Origin: Candidatus Harrisonbacteria bacterium
GTDB lineage: Bacteria; Patescibacteriota; Minisyncoccia; UBA6257; 02-FULL-45-10c
Assembly (NCBI GenBank): GCA_016192685.1
Contig: JACPTS010000001.1
Span: 33,412 to 97,411, forward strand
DNA length: 64,000 nucleotides
Reading direction: 5' to 3'
Shown here in pieces: positions 10,341 through 19,396 of this stretch. Every line of letters begins with the position of its first letter. Positions within the stretch are counted from its first letter, which is position 1. Below the pieces are notes generated by a model. That model ran no database searches. It was not told the origin of the DNA and was given only the letters and a program-made list of their open reading frames with translations. The translations under genes were made by a program, and so were the position numbers.

Positions 10341-10645
10341 CGCTCTTGATATATCCACAGATTCTTAACCCTGATTCGCTTCTCTGGCGTCCTCTCAAGA
10401 AGTCCTTTCCGAATCAGGCCACTCGTTCCCATGCTTATTTTCCCGATCGACCAACTTGCTAAATAAAGCCTTTGGATTTCTCGCAGCGATTCTTTTACTG
10501 TGGCAAAACCACTATGTCGTTTATCCCAGTCGGCGAGGCGACGATAAAGCAGCCAAAGTCGAAACTCGGTATCGTTGAGTTGCTTCTCAAGCTCGATTTC
10601 AATTCTGAACAGTTTTATGCAGCCTTTCTTTTTCATGATCGTCAT
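10193..10645 (-). CDS. Putative winged-helix replication initiator-like protein
   Basis: LNDTEFRLWLLY..LADWD N-terminus and wHTH-like GLIRKGLLER; iterons lie inside the 3' part of the gene. Confidence 0.55.
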   Translation of the reverse strand: MTIMKKKGCIKLFRIEIELEKQLNDTEFRLWLLYRRLADWDKRHSGFATVKESLREIQRLYLASWSIGKISMGTSGLIRKGLLERTPEKRIRVKNLWIYQERVHIAEQLLQRIEQGVQPTEQDVQIIKQRDPTELERQMRKLAYDKRFPK

Positions 10646-10799
10646 TGTAATTTTTGTCCTTGAAGTCGAGCCTCATCAGATGGTCAAAGAGTCCTACGAG
10701 TCGTTGGCCAACCTCAAACACTTCCTCGGGCGGCAAATTTTGCCCGAATTCGGCCCGAAGGATTGCAGATAGGTCATTTAGGTGCTCTTTGCTCAACAT
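10599..10799 (-). CDS. Small hypothetical protein
   Basis: 66 aa helical ORF in the element backbone operon. Confidence 0.55.
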   Translation of the reverse strand: MLSKEHLNDLSAILRAEFGQNLPPEEVFEVGQRLVGLFDHLMRLDFKDKNYNDDHEKERLHKTVQN

Positions 10800-10812
10800 G
10801 GTGTGACACGGG

Positions 10813-11067
10813 TCAAACAGGCTCGTACAGGCGCGTCTTTAACGCCTTGAGTTGGTCAAAATAAGCGCGAACCTCGACCTTGAGCTCACGATTCCAGAAA
10901 GTCTCAAGGAGCTGGTCGAGCTCTCGAGACTTTCGGAATACAAAGTACGCCCGCCTGCGATCGGTTTTATCTATGGCTTCAATCGGCAAAAACAAAGAGA
11001 CCGCAGCAGCCAGCGCCAGATCTGCGGTTTGATAAAAATCTTTTGATTGCAGTATTTGCGTTGTCAT
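10813..11067 (-). CDS. DUF5659-like protein
   Basis: YQTADLALAAA..IDK..RAYFVF pattern. Confidence 0.6.
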   Translation of the reverse strand: MTTQILQSKDFYQTADLALAAAVSLFLPIEAIDKTDRRRAYFVFRKSRELDQLLETFWNRELKVEVRAYFDQLKALKTRLYEPV

Positions 11068-11084
11068 AGTAATTTTTTTAAACG

Positions 11085-11112
11085 AAAAAGCAGACTTTTC
11101 TTTAAGTCTGCT
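11085..11112 (-). terminator. Intrinsic terminator
   Basis: AGCAGACTT-loop-AAGTCTGCT followed by a T-run on the minus strand, downstream of 11151..11801. Confidence 0.55.
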
Positions 11113-11150
11113 CGAAAGGCCGTTGAGTCAATTACGACTCGTATTGTGTT

Positions 11151-11801
11151 TTAGAAATTGCGCTTGATTGTTCTATTTTCCCAAGTAAAAAGCGTATCTT
11201 TGGTGTTGATCACCTCTTTGATTCGGTTGTTTAGAGCATACATGGTGTCCTGAACTGTGCGTTTGTATTTCGCTTCCGCGATATCTTCCTGCCCGCCTGT
11301 CATCTGTCTGTAAACAGCTGACCAGTCAACTGGCTCATTTGGCCTGTATGAAAACATTGCGCGGCAGAAAAAGTGTTCATTCTTGAATGGCGGCAATGAA
11401 CACTTGCGCTTGCCAACGTGAATGGTTGCTTCCTCATCATCAAAATTTATTCTTTCGTCTTTGAGGGATACTGGCTGGTTAGTTTCTAGGGCATCAATTT
11501 TACTAAGATCAAATAAGCGCTGTCGTTCTGCGAGTAATTTTTTCTCTGTAATTCTATCAAGCTTTGGTATCACGTGTTGTGTGCCACCGTTTTGAAATTC
11601 AAAGGTGCGGATAGCGCCCTTCTTTTTCAGGGTTACGAGTAAATCTTCTATCATCTTAATACTGAGCCCATTTTGCGGTAATGATGGTATCTCAAGGATG
11701 TGAAGAGAAATTTCACCACCCCTTTTGGTTGTCTCATTCTTGATAAGAATTGTATCAATTATGTCTATGAGCCGTTGATATGGGCTCTCGGAGATATTCA
11801 T
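11151..11801 (-). CDS. Hypothetical protein with probable C-terminal winged helix
   Basis: C-terminal RTVQDTMYALNNRI resembles an OmpR-like recognition helix. Confidence 0.55.
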   Translation of the reverse strand: MNISESPYQRLIDIIDTILIKNETTKRGGEISLHILEIPSLPQNGLSIKMIEDLLVTLKKKGAIRTFEFQNGGTQHVIPKLDRITEKKLLAERQRLFDLSKIDALETNQPVSLKDERINFDDEEATIHVGKRKCSLPPFKNEHFFCRAMFSYRPNEPVDWSAVYRQMTGGQEDIAEAKYKRTVQDTMYALNNRIKEVINTKDTLFTWENRTIKRNF

Positions 11802-11953
11802 TGTAATTGTAATATCTAGCTTTAATGAACCTCCCCGATTTGCCTCGTTTCTCTAAAAGTTGCACAAAATCCGATAAATGTAAACCAGCCGTGCGTTATT
11901 CACTTTTGCTATCCGGCGATATATTGTGTAAACTGATGTTAAGTCGCATTTTT

Positions 11954-12148
11954 ATGTCGAAACTGAGTAAAAAAGCCAAAGCACTGCCAGAAATCCTAAC
12001 GCTCGCGCAGACGTGTGAAGTTTTAAATTGTCATCCGAATACGCTCCGTAACTGGGATCGCCGCGGAGTTTTAACAGCGATTCGCTTCGGGACACGCAAA
12101 GATCGACGTTACAAGAAGAGCGATGTTTTCAAGTTGATTGAATCTTGA
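11954..12148 (+). CDS. Excisionase/MerR-like HTH (HTH_17) protein
   Basis: ILTLAQTCEVLNCHPNTLRNWDRRG..RRYKKSDV; start set to MSKLSK. Confidence 0.85.
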   Translation: MSKLSKKAKALPEILTLAQTCEVLNCHPNTLRNWDRRGVLTAIRFGTRKDRRYKKSDVFKLIES

Positions 12149-12163
12149 AATAAAAAGGTTAAA

Positions 12164-13984
12164 ATGACGATGAAAATTAAGGATATACCCAAAATAGAAC
12201 GCCCAAGAGAAAGATTTCTCCAAAAAGGGTCAGAGGCACTTTCAAAAAGTGATCTTTTGGCGATTATACTCGGAAGTGGGATAAAGGGTAAAAATGTTCA
12301 AAAACTCGCCCAGCAAATAATCAAGCAATTCAGCGATAAGTTTTTGGATGTTACTGTGGATGATCTAAAAAATATTTCTGGAATTGGAGAAGCAAAGGCA
12401 CTACAGATTGCAGCAGCTATTTCCTTAGTCAAAAGATTTTATGAAGAAGGCAAAGGAAATGAAGTTGTTATTAAAAATTCGAAAGACGCCCTCTCCCTCG
12501 TTTATGATTTGCGAGATAAAAAAAAGGAGCATCTGATTTGCCTATACTTGAATGCCAGAAATATTCTAATCAAAAAAGAAACAATTAGTATCGGGCTACT
12601 TGATAAAAGTCTTTTACATCCAAGAGAAATATTTTATCCAGCTGTTGAGTCAAATGCAGCAAGTATTATTTTGATTCATAATCATCCCTCAGGAGATCCC
12701 ACTCCAAGCGAAAAAGATATTGCGGTTGTGGAAAAGATAATCCGCGCAGGCGAAATAATGGGAATATCTGTAACAGATTTTCTCATTACTGCAGGTAGCG
12801 GAAATTATAGTTTTTACGAAACCCTAAAGGATAGAGGTACTGATTTTGAGTACGTGTCCGACGGATCACAGGGCGCATTGTTCGATTTATTAGAAACTAA
12901 AAAGGCTGATTATGGAGTAGATGCGGAAAGGATACAAGAAACCTATTTTTATATCCCGCCGATGAAAAAAAATCATCTCCAATTGCAGAATCGTAGATAT
13001 ATTGGGAGTAAACACAAACTGATTGAATGGATTTTTTCTATCATTAATAAAGAATGTAGAGGGGGAAACTCTTTTGCCGACGTTTTTGCTGGGACAGGAG
13101 TTGTATCAGCTGTCGCGGCACGGCATTTTGATGAAATAATACTGAACGATTTTTTATATTCTAATTATGCAATCTACCAAGCCTTTTTTAGTAAAGATGT
13201 GTGGGATAAAAAGAAAATTGATGATGTCATCAAAAACTATAACAACATTAATGGTGAAGATTTAGAAAATAATTACTTTTCTGAGCACTTTGGTGGAAAA
13301 TACTTCAGCCATAATTCCTCAAAGATAATCGGCTTTGTCAGAGAGAATATAGAGGAAAATAAGAATAATTTAACAAATAAAGAATATTACATTCTTATTT
13401 CTTCTTTGCTGTACTCAATCGATAAGATCGCTAATACCGTTGGTCATTATGATGCATATTTTAAGAAAGACCATATTGAAGATGGGTTTTTTATGAGGCC
13501 GATAGACCCCATTGAGGTAAAAAGGGTGACTATTTATAAAGAAGATACAAACTTATTGGCGAAGAAAATTAAAGCGGATGTGGTTTATATTGATCCGCCT
13601 TATAACTCAAGACAATACAGCCGTTTTTACCACGTGCTCGAGACTCTTACCAAATGGGACAAACCAAAGCTATACGGGACAGCACTAAAACCAGAAGAAG
13701 AAAATATGAGCGATTACTGTAAGGTACAAGCCAAAGACAGACTCGCCGAATTAATAAGAGACCTTAATGCTAAATATTTAGTAGTGTCTTACAATAATAC
13801 CTATGATTCAAAAAGCAATTCATCGAAAAATAAAATTACTCTAGAGGAGATAAAAAATATTTTAACAGCAAGGGGCAAGACAAAGATTTTTGAAAAAGAT
13901 TACCGACATTTTAATGCCGGAAATACTGATTTCAAAAATCATAAAGAATACCTTTTTGTAACCACCACTAATAATGCAAAATAA
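12164..13984 (+). CDS. RadC/JAB domain fused to D12-class N6-adenine DNA methyltransferase
   Basis: RPRE..HhH GIGEAKA..HPREIF..HNHPSGDPTPS, then RYIGSK, DVFAGTG and YIDPPY in one frame. Confidence 0.88.
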   Translation: MTMKIKDIPKIERPRERFLQKGSEALSKSDLLAIILGSGIKGKNVQKLAQQIIKQFSDKFLDVTVDDLKNISGIGEAKALQIAAAISLVKRFYEEGKGNEVVIKNSKDALSLVYDLRDKKKEHLICLYLNARNILIKKETISIGLLDKSLLHPREIFYPAVESNAASIILIHNHPSGDPTPSEKDIAVVEKIIRAGEIMGISVTDFLITAGSGNYSFYETLKDRGTDFEYVSDGSQGALFDLLETKKADYGVDAERIQETYFYIPPMKKNHLQLQNRRYIGSKHKLIEWIFSIINKECRGGNSFADVFAGTGVVSAVAARHFDEIILNDFLYSNYAIYQAFFSKDVWDKKKIDDVIKNYNNINGEDLENNYFSEHFGGKYFSHNSSKIIGFVRENIEENKNNLTNKEYYILISSLLYSIDKIANTVGHYDAYFKKDHIEDGFFMRPIDPIEVKRVTIYKEDTNLLAKKIKADVVYIDPPYNSRQYSRFYHVLETLTKWDKPKLYGTALKPEEENMSDYCKVQAKDRLAELIRDLNAKYLVVSYNNTYDSKSNSSKNKITLEEIKNILTARGKTKIFEKDYRHFNAGNTDFKNHKEYLFVTTTNNAK

Positions 13985-14879
13985 AATTAAAAGATCCCCG
14001 TTGTTTTACGTCGGGGATAAATACAAGTTAATGAACCAATTGATTGGTTTATTTCCACGGGAAGTGAGCAATTTTTACGAACCTTTTGTCGGCGGCGGTA
14101 CGGTCTTTTTGAATGTTCAAGCGAACAAATACTATCTGAATGACAATGATAAAAATCTTATTGATATACAGAGATTTTTGATTGGTAGTTCAAGTAACCC
14201 AACCTCATTTTTTAAGAATGTTGAAAAGATAGTAAAAAGATATCATCTATCACGATCTTACAAGGAAGACGTAATCCCTTCTTCGTTAAAAAAGGAGTGG
14301 AAGAAAACCTACTTTGCCAGATTTAATAAAAGGGGTTATGAGAAATTAAGGGCTTGTGTAAATAAAAATATAAAGAATGAACCTTTGATTCTGTATATTT
14401 TGCTGATATACGGATTTAATAGAATGTTAAGATTTAATGGTGGTGGCAAGTTTAATCTGCCGGTTGGTAATGTTGATTTTAACAAAAATGTTGTTAACGC
14501 CTTAAACGGATATTTTGACTTTGTCCAAAATAAAAAAATAATCTTAAGCTCAAAAGATTTTAGAATCTATTTCGTTGGCAGGAAGTATGCAAAAAATGAT
14601 TTTGTCTATCTTGACCCCCCTTATTTAATAACGGCGAGCGAATATAATAAGCGTTGGGACGAAAAAGCTGATGCTGACTTACTGAAAATTATTGATGACC
14701 TGAACGAAAAAGGTGTTAAATTTGCCTTATCAAATGTTACTTATTACAACGGCAATAAAAATAACTTGCTGATCGATTGGATGAAAAAGTATAAGACTCA
14801 TAAGATTGAAAGTAATTATATTAATTACCATGATAACGGCAAAAAGCAGATCAGAGAAGTACTGATCACTAATTATTAA
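13974..14879 (+). CDS. Dam-like N6-adenine DNA methyltransferase
   Basis: YVGDK, EPFVGGG, FNLPVG, YLDPPY, EVLITNY. Confidence 0.92.
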   Translation: MQNKIKRSPLFYVGDKYKLMNQLIGLFPREVSNFYEPFVGGGTVFLNVQANKYYLNDNDKNLIDIQRFLIGSSSNPTSFFKNVEKIVKRYHLSRSYKEDVIPSSLKKEWKKTYFARFNKRGYEKLRACVNKNIKNEPLILYILLIYGFNRMLRFNGGGKFNLPVGNVDFNKNVVNALNGYFDFVQNKKIILSSKDFRIYFVGRKYAKNDFVYLDPPYLITASEYNKRWDEKADADLLKIIDDLNEKGVKFALSNVTYYNGNKNNLLIDWMKKYKTHKIESNYINYHDNGKKQIREVLITNY

Positions 14880-14883
14880 GATT

Positions 14884-16410
14884 ATGAAAAAACGCGAATC
14901 AGAATATAAACCATTGTTGTTTACCACAACACTTAGAAATCCAGAACGATTAAAATGGTTTTTAGGTGTGCTTAAAGATTATGACGGACAAGTTCTCAAC
15001 GATACATTGGCTGAAGAAATTGCTGGTGAAATTATTCGAGTAGGCCTTTATAAACCGATCAAAATTAGTTCGACTGTTAAGAAGAAAATAGAAACCAAAG
15101 AGCCTCTGTCTGACAGGGAAGTCCGAATAGTGCTTGCTAATAATCCCCAAAACCATAAAGAAGCCGGTTTTAGTAAGGGCTGGGCTTCTAGATTTGATAC
15201 ATGGTTCAAAATAGCTAAAGAGCTTGGATTCGTTTATTACCAAAATGGCAAAAAAATCAGATTCTCTGAAATAGGGCTCAGGTTGGTTGATAATGAGCAC
15301 CCTGAATTTGAACAGCAGGCCTTTCTCAACGCATTCGTAAAATATCAGAGCAATAGCCCTTTCCGGAGAGTATTAAATGAAAATGCCCCTTTGATTTTAT
15401 TGTTAGGTGTAATTAAGAGAATAAATGCCGATAAGAGGTTTAACGGAACCGGAATTTCAAAGTTAGAATTGCCCTTAGTAATTTTCTGGAAAGATAACAA
15501 CGCAGAAAAGCTATATCAACTTATAAAGAAAATAAGAAAAGAGTACGGCTATAATCCGAGCTGGGAAGTTATCGTAGATATTTGCGTGAATCAAATAATG
15601 GGCGGCGAGTTCAAAAAATTTAACCACAAGTCCATAATGGTGGACTATCCGGATGAATTTATTAGAAAAATGCGATTGACCGGCTTGATCTCTTTAAGAG
15701 GAGCTGGTCGATTTGTTGATATAAATAAAAATGAACAAGCTAAGGTTGATTATGCTTTAGCGAATTATTCTCAATACAAAAAATACGCTTCAGAGGAAGA
15801 ATATTTTGAATACATGTCAATGGTGGATGAGAATCTTCTCTCGTTCGTTGCCAAACCAGTCAGCATTGGAGAACGCGATAAATTCTTGACTAAATGGATA
15901 AGCATTTATTCTTGGCAAAAAATTACTGACGAACTGCTTATTTTAGCTAAAGACAAACTGACAAAAGATGATATTTTGAAGTATTTATCAAGTCCAGTAA
16001 GGTTAGAGTTTCTTGTTGCTTTGGCGGTAAAATCTAAATTCCCCGATGTAAAGGTTATTCCTAACTATCCTTATGACGACGAGGGTTTACCGACGTCAAC
16101 GGCTGGCGGTATCGGTGATAAGGGAGATATTGAATGTTATGAGAGTGTTAATGGAGTACTGATTGAAGTGACTATGTCAGAGGGGAGAATACAAACAGTT
16201 ATGGAGATCTGGCCAATCGCTAGGCATTTAGAGGAGTTCAGTAAAAAAGTTGAACATTCGATGTGTTATTTCGTTGCCCCAAGTATTTTTAGAGATTCTG
16301 TACGGCAGATCGAATTTGTAAAAGAGAAAGACAATCTTTCTATTTTACCCAAGACCATCAAAGACTTTTTGAATCATTTAGAAAGTAGCAAGTCTCTATA
16401 CCCAGCATAA
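14884..16410 (+). CDS. AlwI-family type IIS restriction endonuclease
   Basis: FTTTLRNPERL N-terminus; DDEGLPTSTAGG..GDIEC..IEVT catalytic region; follows two MTases. Confidence 0.85.
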   Translation: MKKRESEYKPLLFTTTLRNPERLKWFLGVLKDYDGQVLNDTLAEEIAGEIIRVGLYKPIKISSTVKKKIETKEPLSDREVRIVLANNPQNHKEAGFSKGWASRFDTWFKIAKELGFVYYQNGKKIRFSEIGLRLVDNEHPEFEQQAFLNAFVKYQSNSPFRRVLNENAPLILLLGVIKRINADKRFNGTGISKLELPLVIFWKDNNAEKLYQLIKKIRKEYGYNPSWEVIVDICVNQIMGGEFKKFNHKSIMVDYPDEFIRKMRLTGLISLRGAGRFVDINKNEQAKVDYALANYSQYKKYASEEEYFEYMSMVDENLLSFVAKPVSIGERDKFLTKWISIYSWQKITDELLILAKDKLTKDDILKYLSSPVRLEFLVALAVKSKFPDVKVIPNYPYDDEGLPTSTAGGIGDKGDIECYESVNGVLIEVTMSEGRIQTVMEIWPIARHLEEFSKKVEHSMCYFVAPSIFRDSVRQIEFVKEKDNLSILPKTIKDFLNHLESSKSLYPA

Positions 16411-16415
16411 ATAAT

Positions 16416-17156
16416 ATGTCTACGCAAAGAGGAAAAATCGTAAGTGCCGTCTTACAGATTCTAAAAGATAAACCAGAGGGCATTAGGTACTCCGAATTAT
16501 TCAGAGCCGTAAAAAATACTCTCCCAGAAGCAAACGACAATACCGTTCACAGCACTATTTGGGATTTGGATAAAAAAGTTGCAGAGATAACTAAACCAGA
16601 AAGGGGAATTTTCATATTGAGGCAATATATCAAGGAGGGGGCTGAAATAAAATTACGAGAGGAAAAAATAAGTAAGGGCATAAGCGAGAGCGCTTTTTAT
16701 GCTTCATTTGCGGATTATTTGGTTAAAGACTTAGGAGAGTGTACCAAGGCCGTTCCGCTTGGGGGCAATAGGTTTGGCGATAGATGGGGAACTCCTGATG
16801 TTTTTGGTGTATATAAATTTTCTGAAACTGACCGAATACGACCGCAACCAGAAATCGTGAGCGCAGAGATTAAGACTGATACAAGTCAAATTATAACAGC
16901 ATTTGGGCAGGCATGTGCCTATAAACTTTTTAGCCACAAGGTCTATCTGGTTATCCCTGAAGATGCCGAACGAGATATAGAAAGGGTAGAATCGCTTTGT
17001 ATGCGTTTCGGTATAGGTTTGATTTTATTTGATAAAAATAATGCTGAAAATCCTAATTGGGCTATCCGTGCTCGCGCCAATAAAAGTGAGCCTGATTTCT
17101 TCTATGTAAATAAATACCTTGAACAGCTCGGAGATGACTTGAAAAATTTATTTTAG
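16416..17156 (+). CDS. HTH + PD-(D/E)XK nuclease-like protein
   Basis: N-terminal wHTH; WGTPDVFG...AEIK...AFGQACAY motif. Confidence 0.7.
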   Translation: MSTQRGKIVSAVLQILKDKPEGIRYSELFRAVKNTLPEANDNTVHSTIWDLDKKVAEITKPERGIFILRQYIKEGAEIKLREEKISKGISESAFYASFADYLVKDLGECTKAVPLGGNRFGDRWGTPDVFGVYKFSETDRIRPQPEIVSAEIKTDTSQIITAFGQACAYKLFSHKVYLVIPEDAERDIERVESLCMRFGIGLILFDKNNAENPNWAIRARANKSEPDFFYVNKYLEQLGDDLKNLF

Positions 17157-17212
17157 AAATGAAAGACGTTAAAGATTTAATAAAACTCGACGACGTAAAA
17201 AAATTAAAGGTT

Positions 17213-18058
17213 ATGAATATTTTTCAAAAAATCATTGAGGTATTAACGGAAATTTTCTTTCGAAAGGACACAGCTCCGCCAAGCGTACCAACGCAGCCGC
17301 ATCAAGTTATTTCGACACCGCCGTCCCCAGATCAATCGCCAGCTCCAGTTCCTCCCTCAGTCGAACCAACAGTGACAGAATCCGCAACGCCCCTAACTCA
17401 AAATCAGGAACAGCCAGTTATTCTTAAAAATGCGGGGTTCTCCATTACTGCTGAACAATTAAAACAAATAGTACCCACGTTGTCAGATAGTAAATGCAAG
17501 GAATACTTGCCACATTTGTTTCAAACAATGACAGAGTTTGAAATAAATACGCCCATTCGTTTAGCTGCATTTATTGCTCAAACCGCACATGAATCAGCCG
17601 GATATTCCGCATTTCTTGAAAATCTAAATTATTCTGCACAAGCCCTTCTCAATACATGGCCAAACCGCTTTACGCCAGAAAGTGCTGCGATTTATGCACG
17701 ACAACCAGAAAAAATCGCAAACCATGTTTATATTAATCGTTTGGGGAATGGAGATGAGGCGAGTGGTGATGGATGGCGATACCGAGGACGAGGAGTAATT
17801 CAGACCACTGGACGCATTAACTACAAAGCATGTGGAGCTGGCCTAGGACTTGATTTGATCACATCTCCAGAATTACTTGAGCAGCCCTTAAACGCTTTTC
17901 GTTCAGCTGGATTGTACTGGAAGAGTCGCAATTGTAATTCTTTTGCCGACAGCGATAATTTCACTGGGCTTACAAAGGCAATTAACGGTGGTCTAAACGG
18001 ATTAGATGATCGAAAAGCTTATTATGCACGTGCAAAATCTGTGCTGGGCATTGTATAG
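17213..18058 (+). CDS. Glycoside hydrolase family 19 (phage-type lysozyme/chitinase) with Pro-rich N-terminal linker
   Basis: FIAQTAHES, ENLNYS, GDGWRYRGRGVIQTTGRINY, TKAINGG; alternative start at 17159. Confidence 0.9.
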   Translation: MNIFQKIIEVLTEIFFRKDTAPPSVPTQPHQVISTPPSPDQSPAPVPPSVEPTVTESATPLTQNQEQPVILKNAGFSITAEQLKQIVPTLSDSKCKEYLPHLFQTMTEFEINTPIRLAAFIAQTAHESAGYSAFLENLNYSAQALLNTWPNRFTPESAAIYARQPEKIANHVYINRLGNGDEASGDGWRYRGRGVIQTTGRINYKACGAGLGLDLITSPELLEQPLNAFRSAGLYWKSRNCNSFADSDNFTGLTKAINGGLNGLDDRKAYYARAKSVLGIV

Positions 18059-18068
18059 TTAAAAAACT

Positions 18069-18611
18069 ATGTTCAATAAAACTGATTTTGAAAACATAGT
18101 TTGGGACTTCCTGTTCACGTACAGGCAGTTTCTGCTCAACGGATATTTACATAAAAGAGTAAACCATGATGTGTATGAAGCAAATACTGCTACTTGGAAT
18201 ACCTTACTTCTCAGCTTAGAATCGGGCGCTTTACTTGGTCTGGCAAAATTACTCGAACGAAAAGACGATTTAGGAAGACCATTTAATGGTGGCTTAGGAA
18301 AGACATTCAATAATGAAGAATTTAATAACGAAGAATTAAATGGAATTTCCGAGAAGATAATAAATCTGAGACATGCCTATATAGCGCATGCTGATTTATC
18401 AAAGATGCGCGATATAAACTCTTTTCTTACCAAAAATCGCTTGACTGGCACCGATATTGTTAAAATGTTTGATGCCCTTAAAAGTAGATTGATACAATAC
18501 CAGAAAAGCTTGAAGCTCGATGTCGATGTGCAAAAATTATTTACGGAAAGTCAAAATAGCGCACTTCACGATCTGAATAGCTGGCTAAAATCTTTTAACG
18601 CAGAGTCATAG
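18069..18611 (+). CDS. HEPN (AbiU2-like) domain protein
   Basis: Helical protein with LLGLAKLLE and RHAYIAH (R-x4-6-H) motif. Confidence 0.65.
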   Translation: MFNKTDFENIVWDFLFTYRQFLLNGYLHKRVNHDVYEANTATWNTLLLSLESGALLGLAKLLERKDDLGRPFNGGLGKTFNNEEFNNEELNGISEKIINLRHAYIAHADLSKMRDINSFLTKNRLTGTDIVKMFDALKSRLIQYQKSLKLDVDVQKLFTESQNSALHDLNSWLKSFNAES

Positions 18612-18741
18612 TAGCTATTAAGAGCGTGGGGCTAACAGTCCTTGCATCTGATGCAGTGAAGTCTCGGGAAACTCAAATAATTCTTCCCAGCGGATGGTTC
18701 GAAACTCGTTGAAACGTGGGAGCTCAGAGATTATTATTCTT

Positions 18742-18822
18742 TTAACGAGACAGCCTGTCTACCGGCAGGCAGGTCTCAAGTTTCCTGCCCCCCTTGGAGG
18801 GAATCCCCGCTCCCGGAGCAAA
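18742..18822 (+). pseudogene. Degenerate 3' half of tRNA-Asn (attR)
   Basis: TTAACGAGAC..GGTCTCAAGTT..GAATCCCCGCTCCCGGAGCA matches tRNA TTAACGCGACGGTCGCAGGTTCGATCCCTGCTCCCGGAGCA, with two short insertions. Confidence 0.65.
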
Positions 18823-18859
18823 AACAAAACAAAAAACGGCTCACTGGGAGCCGCTGGAT

Positions 18860-19045
18860 TTAAACAACATCGGGACCAAGATCAATTACGATGCCGCAAT
18901 GCGGACATTTAAAAAATCTTCCCTCTCCGTCCTCATCTAATGGATAGGCATCCACATGGGTCCAAACTTCATCTTCCTTTCTTTCTCCCGGAAAAGGCCG
19001 ATCTTTCGTGCATTCTTTTCTTATAATAGACTTACCTTTATCCAT
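18860..19045 (-). CDS. Small zinc-ribbon-like protein
   Basis: 61 aa, FKCPHCG. Confidence 0.55.
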   Translation of the reverse strand: MDKGKSIIRKECTKDRPFPGERKEDEVWTHVDAYPLDEDGEGRFFKCPHCGIVIDLGPDVV

Positions 19046-19265
19046 CTTTTTTCACCTTCTTTTTAGATCGCGGCGTAGAATATGATTCAACTCGGTCAAA
19101 CACATAAACCAAAAATTCTAAGGTTTCTGGAGCACGATCGCCAAAATTAACCGAGTCATACTTACAGGTTATCACGCAACCCATATCATCTATTTGAGCT
19201 CCACACTCTTTGCATACTAATATTTTCATCTCTTTTATCGGAGGCTTGTTCTTAGCTTCGGGCAT
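19038..19265 (-). CDS. Small Cys-containing hypothetical protein
   Basis: CKECG..C..C; 8-bp overlap with the next gene. Confidence 0.55.
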   Translation of the reverse strand: MPEAKNKPPIKEMKILVCKECGAQIDDMGCVITCKYDSVNFGDRAPETLEFLVYVFDRVESYSTPRSKKKVKKDG

Positions 19266-19346
19266 CCTATTTATTTTTTAAAAAACTTCTATAAAAATAT
19301 TAACAAAATTATAAAGGCCGCGCAAGCCCGAGGAAATTAAAACAAC

Positions 19347-19378
19347 TATACCCCTAATTCGTACGAATTAGGGGTATA
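19347..19378. repeat. Perfect 32-bp palindrome (family D, copy 1)
   Basis: TATACCCCTAATTCGTACGAATTAGGGGTATA; related to 39485-39522. Confidence 0.85.
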
Positions 19379-19396
19379 AGGAAAAGAAAAAACGGC

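Larger units (their letters stand above)
7942..18822. mobile_element. Integrated element in tRNA-Asn (~10.8 kb)
   Basis: Direct repeat ATCCCTGCTCCCGGAGCAAA (7965-7984) vs ATCCCCGCTCCCGGAGCAAA (18803-18822); recombinase at left end; defence cargo on the strand opposite to host genes. Confidence 0.88.

Noticed and set aside
11825-11953. N-terminal extension of the Xis-like ORF
   Set aside because: Lies in the divergent promoter region; the HTH starts after ATG 11954
14884-16410. Assigning a recognition sequence (e.g. GGATC or GAGTC) to the RM system
   Set aside because: Family membership does not fix specificity; needs REBASE comparison or methylome data
7942-18822. Complete prophage
   Set aside because: No terminase, portal, capsid or tail genes recognisable
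18694-18912. 72-aa plus-strand ORF
   Set aside because: Crosses attR and a terminator-like hairpin; no protein features
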